This document shows positions 19,466 through 29,763 of a stretch of 64,000 nucleotides of DNA, piece by piece. The stretch covers positions 649,226 through 713,225 of the forward strand of contig BPJB01000001.1 in assembly GCA_026004395.1 (NCBI GenBank). The letters are read 5' to 3'. The notes under the pieces are model-generated. The model was not told where the DNA came from, did not search any database, and was given only the letters and a program-made list of their open reading frames with translations. This stretch comes from Patescibacteria group bacterium. GTDB lineage: Bacteria > Patescibacteriota > Microgenomatia > Levybacterales > UBA12049. Position numbers and translations under genes: made by a program. How positions within the stretch are numbered: the stretch's first letter is position 1; every line of letters starts with the position of its first letter.

Positions 19466-20245
19466 TTAAGTACGCTGCCTCACATAAAGTACATCTTCAT
19501 TCACAATTAATTCTTTAAGACCACAATATCTTAAAGCAGTATTTATCTCATCAACTGTCACATTACCTGCACGGTGAAGTCGTGGCTTCTCTCCTGTAAG
19601 ATCTATTATTGATGTAGATTTTCCTCGAGATTCATCAAGATGACTAAAATCTCCAAGTACTATTCCATCTACAAGATACTGAAATTCTGCCCAAACTTCC
19701 TGCATGTATCTATGCGTTGCTTGACCACTTCTATTGGCTGATGTCCCAACAAGTGCAGTTTTGTTATAAGACTCTCTAAGTTCATTAATAATATATCTTA
19801 TGGCAGGATACTCTGTCCAAATTGAAAGGATTGTTTTCTTCTCTCCATTATGAGAGACTACATAATCGGGTATCTCATCACGAGAGGGAAGTATAACACC
19901 AAGTGCATGTAGACGTTGTTGAAGTGTTATGACATGTTCATGAGTAACTTCATTCTTAAGTTGTGAGAAATCCGCAAGCTCATCAAGATTTTCTGGAGCA
20001 CTCACTGCTACTAGTTTTTTATCCTGAGGCCTATTTTTGACTTTAACTATGCGCTCAGCGGCTTGAGCATTGTACAGATCTCCAAATATTCCGTAAATTC
20101 CATTGAATGCCACAACAGCTATACCACCATTATTTATAATCTTTGCAGCTTTGGATAAATGATCTGACTTATATATTGTAAGCAGTTCTGCTTGAGTTTG
20201 CTGCAGATTATTTTCTCTGTGATTGGATATTCTTTGCTCAACCAT
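19466..20245 (-). CDS. YrdC/Sua5-family (threonylcarbamoyl-AMP synthase-like) protein
   Basis: GGIAVVAFNGIYGIFGDLYNAQAAERIVKVKNRPQDKKL resembles the YrdC-domain core. Confidence 0.5.
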   Translation of the reverse strand: MVEQRISNHRENNLQQTQAELLTIYKSDHLSKAAKIINNGGIAVVAFNGIYGIFGDLYNAQAAERIVKVKNRPQDKKLVAVSAPENLDELADFSQLKNEVTHEHVITLQQRLHALGVILPSRDEIPDYVVSHNGEKKTILSIWTEYPAIRYIINELRESYNKTALVGTSANRSGQATHRYMQEVWAEFQYLVDGIVLGDFSHLDESRGKSTSIIDLTGEKPRLHRAGNVTVDEINTALRYCGLKELIVNEDVLYVRQRT

Positions 20246-20578
20246 AAATAAATTATAATATATTAAAAACTTTAAATCAAACTATAGGATATCTATATCA
20301 CTTTCTTTAACAATATCTTTTAGATAGCCTTCTTACTCTTAATAGATTTTTATACTAATAACAGTAGAGTATTATAAAAAGACTCGCAATATATGTTATC
20401 GTGTCCAGGACATACTATACACTTTATGCGGTCTGGGTATGAGGAGTATAGTATATCTAAATAAATACTTTAATGACTTTTGTTAAAAAACTACATTTAT
20501 CTGGATACTGAAGAATTTTAAAATCTTAATCATGTGATCGTAGATTATTTAGGAAACAGTGAACACTGACTTTAAATC

Positions 20579-21241
20579 TTATGGAACATATACATATCCA
20601 TTCATCTCTTTGCCATCACATGTATAAGTGGTAAGTTCTCCTTTTTTGAATTTAGAAAGAGGTATAATTGTTGTGATATCTGGTTTGAGAGTATATGTCT
20701 CCTGTTGTCCAAAAGAGATAACATGTTCTGTAGTATCCTCATTGATAATTTTTACTTGATCTACTCCTACAATTTTTGCCACTGTTGGCACTGTCTCACA
20801 ATCCTTCTCAATAAAGATAATTGCTGTTTCTTGTGCATTATCTTTAAGAAGTGTCTCTTGTTTTTGTCTATCCTCAAGAGTAGTATCTGACGGCAATTTC
20901 TTTAACAATTCTTCTTTCTGAATGCGTGGTCTTTGTCCGTCAGCTTTAGGTGGAGAGGACACTCTGGATCGTTTCTGATCTACATTCAATGCAGATGTTC
21001 TCTCTTCTAGATTTTTGTTTGGTTTGTTCTTAGATAAAAGGTACGCAAACAAAAGACTATTAAGTAGCAAAAGAAAAATAAATACAACCAAAAGTTGATA
21101 TGTTTTAAATTGCATATAATAATTATAACAAACAAACTTGGCATAAACCTTTGCAAAAATTTTATAATGCAAATACCTAAAAATCATAGAAGTTGTAAAA
21201 ATAAATCTTTGTACTATCCAATTGTTTTTGATGAACTTCAT
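20579..21241 (-). CDS. Hypothetical membrane-anchored/secreted protein
   Basis: N-terminal TM helix, Pro/Lys-rich linker, and a C-terminal domain of unknown function. Confidence 0.4.
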   Translation of the reverse strand: MKFIKNNWIVQRFIFTTSMIFRYLHYKIFAKVYAKFVCYNYYMQFKTYQLLVVFIFLLLLNSLLFAYLLSKNKPNKNLEERTSALNVDQKRSRVSSPPKADGQRPRIQKEELLKKLPSDTTLEDRQKQETLLKDNAQETAIIFIEKDCETVPTVAKIVGVDQVKIINEDTTEHVISFGQQETYTLKPDITTIIPLSKFKKGELTTYTCDGKEMNGYVYVP

Positions 21242-21441
21242 TTTGAAGGATAGGTGACTGAGAAATCTTCTAGAGATTTTTTCAGAATTCTCTCATTCCG
21301 TTGAGATGACAAAAAGGAAGGAACATAAATAGAAAGAGTAAAAATGATAAGAAAGGGTTTTAGACGATAATCTTACTGATAAAAATGAATACTTTTAATT
21401 TTTTTGTTGACTTTATTGAAACGATCTGTTAAAGATTAAGT

Positions 21442-21864
21442 ATGCAATCAAATGAAGATAATACAATTCAGGGTAGGACAGTACAGGGGACATCCGCAAA
21501 CCGTAAAATTCTTATTATTGATGATGATCTCTATATCCGTGATCTCTATGAAGAAGTATTAAGAGATGATGGTTTTAATGTTGAAACAGCTGTAGATGGT
21601 GAAGAGGGACTGATGAAACTCCAAAAAGGAGGATATGATCTTGTACTTCTTGATGTAATGATGCCCAAACGAGATGGATTAGGAGTGTTAACAGAGCTTG
21701 CACTTCATCCACCTCAAACACCAAACGGACCAATCATCGTTCTAACCAATCTTGGACATGATCCTATTATTAAGGAAGCTATGAGCAAAGGAGCAGCATC
21801 GTATCTAAATAAAGCTGATATGACACCTGATCAGCTATTGGCGAATATCAAGAAGTTTCTTTAG
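21442..21864 (+). CDS. Single-domain response regulator (CheY-like receiver)
   Basis: KILIIDDD...DLVLLDVMMPKRDG...K receiver motifs with no output domain. Confidence 0.8.
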   Translation: MQSNEDNTIQGRTVQGTSANRKILIIDDDLYIRDLYEEVLRDDGFNVETAVDGEEGLMKLQKGGYDLVLLDVMMPKRDGLGVLTELALHPPQTPNGPIIVLTNLGHDPIIKEAMSKGAASYLNKADMTPDQLLANIKKFL

Positions 21865-22741
21865 ATATATTTTTTGTAGTCCGCAACACTGTTCTCCCTG
21901 TTGTTTCTAGTTCAAACGTATCAAGAATATGAAGTGCTTTTTCACTTGAGTTGACAATCCTTTCCCTATATTTCTCTCGCTCTTTTTTAGATGAAAGATT
22001 CGGATAATATAAAGCTAGTTGTTTAATATCATTAATTGGCTCCCTAAGTTCAGCACCAATCTTGGTTATTCTATTTGCCAAAAGTTCATCAACTTTTGAT
22101 TTATACTCTTTTTTCTCATGTTCCAAAATTAAGATTTTTTTCTCTTTTTCTTTTAATTTGAGATATACATGACTTAAAAAATAAGACAAGGGAATAATCA
22201 AAAGAAGAGAAAAAACTGTGACAAAATCAAAGCGGCTATGAATGTTAGAAAAATTGGGAAGAAGTATGGCAATTAAAACAAGGACAAATGAAAAAGTAAC
22301 AGATGTGCTAAAAAGAAAGGCAACAGAGATTGCTACAATATATAAAAGGTAGAAGAAAGGAGATAGAAACCAACCAGTATTACCAACCCAAAGTAATATT
22401 GCTGTGATAAATGTAAAGAGAAGAATTTTTAGTAATTTACCATTGAGCTTCCAGTTATGATCATCTCCTTTATAAAGACTAACAATGTAAAGTGCGCTAA
22501 AAAATACAAGACAAAGTATTAGTGCATATACTGAATAATCTTTTGTTATAGGATTAATCGTAAAAAGATATACGACAAGCGTCAAAAGAGCTAAAATAAG
22601 TCCTTCGATAATCTGCTGAAATTTCATATAAACGAGATTAACTCCAGTGTAAGGAAGTAATCTTCCTCTGTCAACAGTTACTGCTAGTAAGTCTAAATTA
22701 AGGTAGTCATAAAAGAAGAAAAAAGAAAACTTTAACATCAA
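21848..22741 (-). CDS. Multi-TM membrane protein with a degenerate HisKA-like (DHp) domain; no HATPase domain
   Basis: About 6 TM helices followed by LANRITKIGAELREPINDIK. This is an H-box-like sequence with Ala where the phospho-acceptor His normally sits. Confidence 0.45.
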   Translation of the reverse strand: MMLKFSFFFFYDYLNLDLLAVTVDRGRLLPYTGVNLVYMKFQQIIEGLILALLTLVVYLFTINPITKDYSVYALILCLVFFSALYIVSLYKGDDHNWKLNGKLLKILLFTFITAILLWVGNTGWFLSPFFYLLYIVAISVAFLFSTSVTFSFVLVLIAILLPNFSNIHSRFDFVTVFSLLLIIPLSYFLSHVYLKLKEKEKKILILEHEKKEYKSKVDELLANRITKIGAELREPINDIKQLALYYPNLSSKKEREKYRERIVNSSEKALHILDTFELETTGRTVLRTTKNISKETS

Positions 22742-22961
22742 GCTAATATCTCATAGTGAGGAGTAGTCTAATTAATTAAAATTCTATCTAGCATTCAATT
22801 TGCAATGTTGTTATTATCTAGACTAATTGTCAGAATTTATAAAACAATTTTCATGTTAAAATATGTACTTCGTGCTTGTAGAGAGTGTCACTAAGATTCC
22901 ATTATTAATGGTTACTAAAATTGATAACTAGAAACAAATTAAATGATGTAAGATTTAAATT

Positions 22962-24038
22962 ATGAAAATATTGTTTCTAACTCGTTTTTTCTATCCTCAC
23001 ATAGGTGGAGTAGAGAAGCATGTTTATGAAGTTGGGAAAAGACTTTTAGAGAAAGGTCACACTGTTACTATTCTGACGGAGCAAATTCCCCTGACAAGTA
23101 TACAGGTATATCAGTCAAATGATGAAAGTGCTAAGTTAATGGACAAAACTGAAAAATTTAGAATATATTGGGTACCCGTAGGAGAGGAGAATTGGTTCAA
23201 AAAATTTCGGATCTGGAAATGGTTATGGCAAAATAGACATCTTCTCAAGGATGCTGATATAATTCACTGTCATGATGTTTTTTTCTGGTATCTTCCCTTT
23301 AAATTCCTCTATCCCAACAAAAAAGTTTTTTTAACTTTTCATGGATATGAAGGAAATACTATTCCCGGTTTGAAAGCAAAATTTTGGCACAAAATAGGTG
23401 AAATTCTCACTAATGCCAATATTTGTGTTGGCAGTTTTTATAAAAAATGGTATGGAACAAAAGCCACCAAAATCATTTATGGAGGAACAAATCTTCCATT
23501 TCAAAGGCAATATATTTCCGAGAGTATAAAAAAAGCTGTTTTCATCGGAAGACTCGAAGAGGAGACAAGTATCATGCAGTATCTCCAGGCATTGAATCTA
23601 TTAAAGAAAGAGAAGAATATAGTAAGACTTACTATACTTGGTGATGGATCATTAAGAAAAAAAGCAGAAGAATTTGTAAAGAAAAATAATCTACCAGTAA
23701 CCTTTCAAGGATTTGTTAATGATACTGAACAGTATATAACTAAATCTGATATTGTTTTTGCTTCGAGATATCTAGCTATATTGGAAGCATTCGCTCATAA
23801 GAAATATGTTATTGCTCATTATAATTCACCCATTAAAAAAGATTATTTGCAGGCAACACCTTTTGCCAAATGGATAACGATTGCTAGTAACAGTAAGGAA
23901 ATTGCTCAACAAATTAGAGAATATACAAAAAATCTTGATCAGATAAAAAAGAAAATTAACCTTGCATATGAATGGGTAGAAAACCAAAAATGGGATGATG
24001 TTGTATCTATCTACGAAAATCTTTGGAGAGGAAAGTAG
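22962..24038 (+). CDS. Glycosyltransferase family 1/4 (GT-B)
   Basis: N-terminus MKILFLTRFFYPHIGGVEKHV is typical of GT4. Confidence 0.7.
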   Translation: MKILFLTRFFYPHIGGVEKHVYEVGKRLLEKGHTVTILTEQIPLTSIQVYQSNDESAKLMDKTEKFRIYWVPVGEENWFKKFRIWKWLWQNRHLLKDADIIHCHDVFFWYLPFKFLYPNKKVFLTFHGYEGNTIPGLKAKFWHKIGEILTNANICVGSFYKKWYGTKATKIIYGGTNLPFQRQYISESIKKAVFIGRLEEETSIMQYLQALNLLKKEKNIVRLTILGDGSLRKKAEEFVKKNNLPVTFQGFVNDTEQYITKSDIVFASRYLAILEAFAHKKYVIAHYNSPIKKDYLQATPFAKWITIASNSKEIAQQIREYTKNLDQIKKKINLAYEWVENQKWDDVVSIYENLWRGK

Positions 24039-24040
24039 TC

Positions 24041-25177
24041 TTATTTTTGTGTAATTGTGTTAATAGTATTTATAATGTAATCTATCTCCTCAGATGTCAA
24101 TTTAGGATATAAAGGAATTGTTATTGTAGATGCACCAATTTTTTCAGCAATCGGAAAGTCACCTTTTTTGTATCCGTATTTCTTTTTATAGTAACTCATA
24201 AGGTGAATGGGTCTGAAGTTGACTGCTACTCCTATCATTCTCTCTTGCAGTGAACGGAGGATATTATCACGTTTTTTCGGGTCAACCCATATTGTATAAA
24301 TATGACGGGCATGCTTGGTGCTGGGAAGTACAGATGGGATTGATATAAAAGGATTTTTTTTAAATGCTTTATCGTATCGTTTAGCTATTTTTTCTTTCTT
24401 TTTTAGCAATTCTTCTATCCTGTCTAGCTGATTAAGAAGCAGAGCAGCTTGAATATTGTTCATATTGGCTTTGAATCCTAGAAATTCCATATCGTAATGT
24501 TCATATTTTTTGGTATAGCGCTCACTTGCGCTCTTAGACATGCCATGTTGTCTTGCACGAAGAAGCCAACTGTAGAAATCTTTATTATTGGTAACTACTG
24601 CTCCTCCTTCTCCTGATGTGATATTCTTGGTTGCGTAAAAACTAAAACACGCCGCATCAGAAAGTTGACCAGGTCGTATACCATCTCGAACACCCTCAAT
24701 ACAATGTGCAGCGTCTTCTATCAATTTAAGAGAGTGTTTTTTAGCAATTGCTGCTATCTTCTGCATATCGCACATTTGACCATATAAGTGAACTACTACC
24801 AACGCTTTTGTTTTTGGCGTAATGGCTTTTTCAATCTTATCTGCGTCAATATTGCCCGTTGTTGATTCAACATCAACAAATACAGGTTTGGCACCACAAT
24901 ATTCGATAACATTTGCAGTTGCTATAAAAGAAAGAGGAGTTGTAATCACCTCGTCTCCTTCTTTAACTCCTAATCCTTTTAGCGCTAAAAAAAGTGCATC
25001 TGTGCAAGAAGTGACCCCTACTGCATAACGTATGTCAAGATAGTCAGCTAATTTTTCTTCAAATTCCTTGACTATGGATCCAGTTGTCAGGAAAAGCGAG
25101 TTCAAAACCTCTACACATTCTTTAATATCAATTGAAGAAATATTGTGTCTATAAAATTCAATTTTTTTATTTCTCAT
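24041..25177 (-). CDS. DegT/DnrJ/EryC1/StrS-family PLP-dependent sugar aminotransferase
   Basis: Fold-type I aminotransferase with ...FSFYATKNITSGEGGAV..., which includes the catalytic Lys context. Confidence 0.85.
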   Translation of the reverse strand: MRNKKIEFYRHNISSIDIKECVEVLNSLFLTTGSIVKEFEEKLADYLDIRYAVGVTSCTDALFLALKGLGVKEGDEVITTPLSFIATANVIEYCGAKPVFVDVESTTGNIDADKIEKAITPKTKALVVVHLYGQMCDMQKIAAIAKKHSLKLIEDAAHCIEGVRDGIRPGQLSDAACFSFYATKNITSGEGGAVVTNNKDFYSWLLRARQHGMSKSASERYTKKYEHYDMEFLGFKANMNNIQAALLLNQLDRIEELLKKKEKIAKRYDKAFKKNPFISIPSVLPSTKHARHIYTIWVDPKKRDNILRSLQERMIGVAVNFRPIHLMSYYKKKYGYKKGDFPIAEKIGASTITIPLYPKLTSEEIDYIINTINTITQK

Positions 25178-25178
25178 A

Positions 25179-26204
25179 TCAAAACAAGCGATTGCGAATT
25201 TTTACTGATGACAAAATCGAGTCTGCTTCTAAAAGGTAGCGATAATACCACATTGTGTTTGTTTTGATGTCTTCTGTAATTTCTCCTTTTTCCAGAGCTT
25301 CTTTAACCTCAAGAATTCCCTCATCTACTGATACTTTGGGATGAAATGCAAGCGTTTGTTTAATCTTATCAAAACTTACCTTATAACTTCTTTGATCAGG
25401 ATCATCAGGTGTCTCCTCAATAATAAGATCTTGAAAATGGCTTTTAATTTTAGTTGCAATCTGACGAACTTGATAATTCTGTTCATTTGATCCAACGTTG
25501 AAGATCTGTTTATTAATTTTTTTAATATCCTCTTCAACCATTATTCGATGAAACGCTTCGATAACATCACTTATATGAATAAGTGGACGCCATTGTCTTC
25601 CTCCTCCCATAATAAAAATTTTATTGTTTTTCCATGCATGAAGAGTCATAATATTAATTAGAAGATCAAATCTCATTCTACGCTTAGATACACCAAAAAC
25701 TGTAGAAATTCTAGGAATAGTTACGATAAAATTATTATCCGCTAAAAGAAGTAGTTTTTTTTCCGCTGAAATTTTTGATTTGGCATATTCTGAGAGTGGC
25801 GAAGTAGGAGATTGCTCAGAGAGAGTTCCTTGCCCTGCTCCATACACACTGCATGAAGATGCAAAAATATAGCGTTTTACACCTGCTTCTTTTGCAACTC
25901 TTGCTAATTTTACCGCACCAAAATCATTAATTGATTTAGTAATCTTTGGATTTAAAGCTGCTGAAGGATCATTGGAAATTGATGCTAGATTAATAACAAC
26001 GTCAACTCCTTTTAGAAGTTCTGTATTTAAAAACCTAATATCACCTTTGATAATTTTAAGCCGTTTATTTTTTGAGAGATCCTGCAGAGTGCTGCCGAAA
26101 AAGAAGCGATCAAGAGCTACGATATAGTATCCTCTCTTAAGAAAGTCTTCTACCATCTCTGTACCGATATATCCACCTGCTCCTGCAACAAAAACAGTCT
26201 TCAT
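25179..26204 (-). CDS. NAD-dependent nucleotide-sugar epimerase/dehydratase (extended SDR)
   Basis: GAGGYIG Rossmann motif and a YxxxK context. Confidence 0.8.
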   Translation of the reverse strand: MKTVFVAGAGGYIGTEMVEDFLKRGYYIVALDRFFFGSTLQDLSKNKRLKIIKGDIRFLNTELLKGVDVVINLASISNDPSAALNPKITKSINDFGAVKLARVAKEAGVKRYIFASSCSVYGAGQGTLSEQSPTSPLSEYAKSKISAEKKLLLLADNNFIVTIPRISTVFGVSKRRMRFDLLINIMTLHAWKNNKIFIMGGGRQWRPLIHISDVIEAFHRIMVEEDIKKINKQIFNVGSNEQNYQVRQIATKIKSHFQDLIIEETPDDPDQRSYKVSFDKIKQTLAFHPKVSVDEGILEVKEALEKGEITEDIKTNTMWYYRYLLEADSILSSVKIRNRLF

Positions 26205-27040
26205 AAGGAAATGCTTCTTTTTCTTAAAACATAAAGTTTTTGAATTCCAAAATCTCCAGAGTTTTCTGTTTCTGAGAAAGTAGCAAAAAAATTATTTATA
26301 TCATTAATATATGTGTCTTTATCCTGTTTTGTCATTGTCAAATACCTGAGAAATCGTGATGCCACGTAATAAATACTGGAGAATTTTTTGATTTCCACTA
26401 TATCAAAATACTTTTGCAGAAATTTTTCTGTTTTTCTTTCTTCCAGATACAGATTAAAATCATGAACTGTTAATGGGGGAAGATTCGCTAACACTCGCAA
26501 TTTATTTAAATTCCTTAGGCTTCCCATAAAAGCCTCTGACATGAGGAACAAACCACCTGGTTTAAGAACTCTATGCATTTCTTTTATTGCTCTTTTTTGA
26601 AGATTCCAGGATAGAAGATTTATAATAACTCGAATCGTATAAACTTTATCAAATGTATTATCGGATTCATCAATATTAAGGATATTTCCATGATAAAATT
26701 TGATTTTTCTTTCCTTATCTTTCTCATGTTGTGCAGAGATTGCATACTTAATTGATTTTTTACTATAATCAAAAGCTCTTACTTTTATATTGCGAGCTGA
26801 TGCTATTGCAAATGTCGAATATCCATTTGAACAACCGGCATCCAAAACATAATCTCCGTCATCAATATAGTTGAGAATATTTTTTATTTCGAGTTGAATC
26901 ATATTGGCGTCTCCCCAAGATACAGAATGAGAGGTTTTGTATTTAGCAGCGTTCTTTTCCCAATATGAATGGTTGAATTTTGAACGTTGAAGATCTTTTT
27001 GTTTGAGTGTCATTTTAAGTGCTAGTTGATTTTGACCCAT
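26201..27040 (-). CDS. Class I SAM-dependent methyltransferase
   Basis: VLDAGCSNGYST motif I. Confidence 0.7.
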   Translation of the reverse strand: MGQNQLALKMTLKQKDLQRSKFNHSYWEKNAAKYKTSHSVSWGDANMIQLEIKNILNYIDDGDYVLDAGCSNGYSTFAIASARNIKVRAFDYSKKSIKYAISAQHEKDKERKIKFYHGNILNIDESDNTFDKVYTIRVIINLLSWNLQKRAIKEMHRVLKPGGLFLMSEAFMGSLRNLNKLRVLANLPPLTVHDFNLYLEERKTEKFLQKYFDIVEIKKFSSIYYVASRFLRYLTMTKQDKDTYINDINNFFATFSETENSGDFGIQKLYVLRKRSISL

Positions 27041-27045
27041 AGTAT

Positions 27046-27966
27046 TTAAAGCTCTGATTTAATTATATAGAGTGGTCTATTTTTATTCTCAATATAAAGC
27101 CTACCCACATATTCACCAATAATAGCAAGTATTATAATTTGCATGCCTCCAAGAATTACTAGTATTGCTGCAAATATTTCTAAAGGATTTATTAAACCAT
27201 TATATGCAATTTTGCGAAAAATAATAAATACAATAAAAAGAAAATCTAATAAGAGAATAGCTCCACCTACTTTCAAAAAAAAATGCAAGGGATAAGCAGA
27301 GTATGCAAAAATTGCATCAAGAGCCAAATTTAGCTGTTGCGATAGTGTATATTTGGTCTTACCTTTATATCGTTTTCCGTGTTCAACAGGTTGGGGTGCA
27401 TGATTAAATCCTACCCAGCCAATAATACCAACTAAATACCTATTACTTTCTCTCAAACTTCTAACTTCCTGTATTACTTGTTTAGTTGCTATACGGAAAA
27501 TTGTCGAGTTAATGACTATTTTTTCTTTAATTAAACGACGCATCAATACATTGAAGAGGTATGATGAAAACCTTTTGAAAAAACCAAATTTTTTATTTTT
27601 TCTTATTGCGTATACTACGTCATATCCTTCTTGGAGTTTTTTATACAATTTTATAATCTCTTCTGGCTGATCCTGAAGATCTCCATCCATCATTACGATG
27701 ATATCTCCTGTTGTTTTATCTAATCCAGCTGAAATAGCAATCTGATGACCAAAATTACGAGATAATTGGATAACTTTTACACTAGGATCTTTTTTGTGAA
27801 GCTTCTTAAGTTCATTAAAAGTGTTATCCGTACTACCATCATCAATAAAAATAATTTCTCTTTGAAATTTGGGAAAATCTTTTTTGAGAGCTTTATCAAT
27901 TCTGGAATATAATACTGTTATAACTTCAGATTCATTAAAAACAGGAATTACAAGAGATATTTTCAT
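27046..27966 (-). CDS. GT2 polyprenol-phosphate glycosyltransferase (ArnC/DPM1-like)
   Basis: N-terminal GT-A domain (IPVFNE...IDDGSTD...DGD) and C-terminal TM helices. Confidence 0.8.
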   Translation of the reverse strand: MKISLVIPVFNESEVITVLYSRIDKALKKDFPKFQREIIFIDDGSTDNTFNELKKLHKKDPSVKVIQLSRNFGHQIAISAGLDKTTGDIIVMMDGDLQDQPEEIIKLYKKLQEGYDVVYAIRKNKKFGFFKRFSSYLFNVLMRRLIKEKIVINSTIFRIATKQVIQEVRSLRESNRYLVGIIGWVGFNHAPQPVEHGKRYKGKTKYTLSQQLNLALDAIFAYSAYPLHFFLKVGGAILLLDFLFIVFIIFRKIAYNGLINPLEIFAAILVILGGMQIIILAIIGEYVGRLYIENKNRPLYIIKSEL

Positions 27967-29720
27967 ATTTTAAAGAAATATTTTACTCTATTTGCCAATA
28001 AAATATAAAGAATTATAAAACAAGCGGTGATCCAAGCAATTATTGATATGATTTGACTTATTTGTTGAATTTTTAGCGGTATATACAAAACATCTAATTT
28101 ATATAAACCTTTTACGAGATTAAATGTCATTATTCCTTGATATTTGGGATCATTATAATCTACTCTGATGGGTCTATTATTAGCATAAACATACCATCCA
28201 GGAAAGTAAAGAGTATTTTCTTTAAAGCGAGTAGGCATATGAACACTAACAACATATTCGCGTTTTGTTGATGTATTTGACAGCTCGACAATAGACGCAT
28301 TACCTTCTATAACCTCAAGATTTTTGGCTGGGATTTCTTTTTGCCAGAGGTTCTTAGGATCAAGCCACTTTGGTGCAGCTGGTCCACCGCCTTCACCTGC
28401 AAAAGTACTCAAGGAAAGTTGATTTTCAAAATATAAATCTGATGCTATCTCGGGAATAGTCCTTCTATTGCCCCAATTAAGAATTGTTGAAAGCACTGCA
28501 AATGCTATTAAACTAATAAACAATATCTTATTTTTGATTTTCATTGTTACAATTCCTGCAATGCCCGCTGTTATAAAACTCATTAGTAAAAGCATTCTAT
28601 ATGAAAACTGCAGATTTTCAATAAGAGGAATCAGCGACCATAACGGCTTTGATATTGACTGCATGAGGAAAAAAATAATCAAAAAGAACACTAAGAAAAA
28701 ATATACTATTAGCTTATTACTTGCAAATGATCTTTTCTTGATTAGAAATATAACAAGAAGTATGACAACAGTTAGTTGTGCATAACCAATAATAAATGAT
28801 AGTTCGCCTTTGCTACCTTGAAAAAGTAATCCATATCGCCACGGTGAATAAATAAATTCTTGTATTTGTGGAAAAAGAACTTCATGATGAAAATATTTTT
28901 GCAAAGTGTATTTTCCCAAAGTTATTTCTGGAAGCCAATAAAAAAGAGAGAGAAGAAGACCAAAGATGAAAGAAAAAAGAAGCTTAATAATATTTTTCCA
29001 ATACTTATTTTCTTTGTATAAAAGTAATATGCTATAACAGATGACAAATGGTAAAAGTATAAGAGCGATAGGATGAGAAAGAATGAGTAATCCTATTGAT
29101 ATAGCCAAGGTTAAAATCCAGATTAGATTTGATTTGTGGATAACTTTTTTGGTCGCTAACATACTTAATGGAAAAAACATAAATGCAATAACTTCTCCTG
29201 GATTAGCGCGGAAATGCAAATCAACAAGATGATAAGGGCTATAAAGATAAAAAACAGACGCAATAAATCCGGGTAATTTTCCAAATTCTTCCTTTGCCCA
29301 ATAGTACATTGTTATCCCAGATCCTATGAATGATAACGCAAGTAATAATTTTAAGCTATTTAAAAAAGAAACCCCTAAAAAATGAAAGAAAGAGGTAATA
29401 TAATAGGGGAGAGGAGGAGCAAAAATAAAAAGGGGGTATCCATAAGTTGCATTCAACTTACCTGCCCATTGTGGAAAGAATATTCCCTCTTGAAGGCTAT
29501 GAAAAAATGCAATAGCCCTATACGTATGGAGCGACAAATCTCCACTCTCATAAGTTCCTTTTCTAAAAATACTGATAATAGGTGGAAGAGAGAAAATAAT
29601 CACGAGAAACAAGAAATTAATCTTTTGTTTCTTGCGTAATTTTAAATAAAAGTATGAAATTGTTGCTAAGATAATAACTGCTATAAGATTAACAACAATC
29701 ATCTTGTATGGCTGATACAT
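27963..29720 (-). CDS. Multi-pass membrane protein, putative GT-C-fold glycosyltransferase (ArnT/PMT/YfhO-like)
   Basis: More than 12 TM helices, an N-terminal loop with the DLSLHTYR motif, and a C-terminal soluble domain. Translationally coupled to the GT2 gene. Confidence 0.45.
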   Translation of the reverse strand: MYQPYKMIVVNLIAVIILATISYFYLKLRKKQKINFLFLVIIFSLPPIISIFRKGTYESGDLSLHTYRAIAFFHSLQEGIFFPQWAGKLNATYGYPLFIFAPPLPYYITSFFHFLGVSFLNSLKLLLALSFIGSGITMYYWAKEEFGKLPGFIASVFYLYSPYHLVDLHFRANPGEVIAFMFFPLSMLATKKVIHKSNLIWILTLAISIGLLILSHPIALILLPFVICYSILLLYKENKYWKNIIKLLFSFIFGLLLSLFYWLPEITLGKYTLQKYFHHEVLFPQIQEFIYSPWRYGLLFQGSKGELSFIIGYAQLTVVILLVIFLIKKRSFASNKLIVYFFLVFFLIIFFLMQSISKPLWSLIPLIENLQFSYRMLLLMSFITAGIAGIVTMKIKNKILFISLIAFAVLSTILNWGNRRTIPEIASDLYFENQLSLSTFAGEGGGPAAPKWLDPKNLWQKEIPAKNLEVIEGNASIVELSNTSTKREYVVSVHMPTRFKENTLYFPGWYVYANNRPIRVDYNDPKYQGIMTFNLVKGLYKLDVLYIPLKIQQISQIISIIAWITACFIILYILLANRVKYFFKI

Positions 29721-29763
29721 ATTTCTTATTGTAGATTGAGATTATAGTTGAGCGCAAGAAAAT

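Noticed and set aside
20246-20578. Inverted repeat (atactatac…gtatagtat) in the AT-rich intergenic region
   Set aside because: A 9-bp stem with a loop of about 27 nt in 70% AT DNA is expected by chance. No flanking promoter or terminator context was found.
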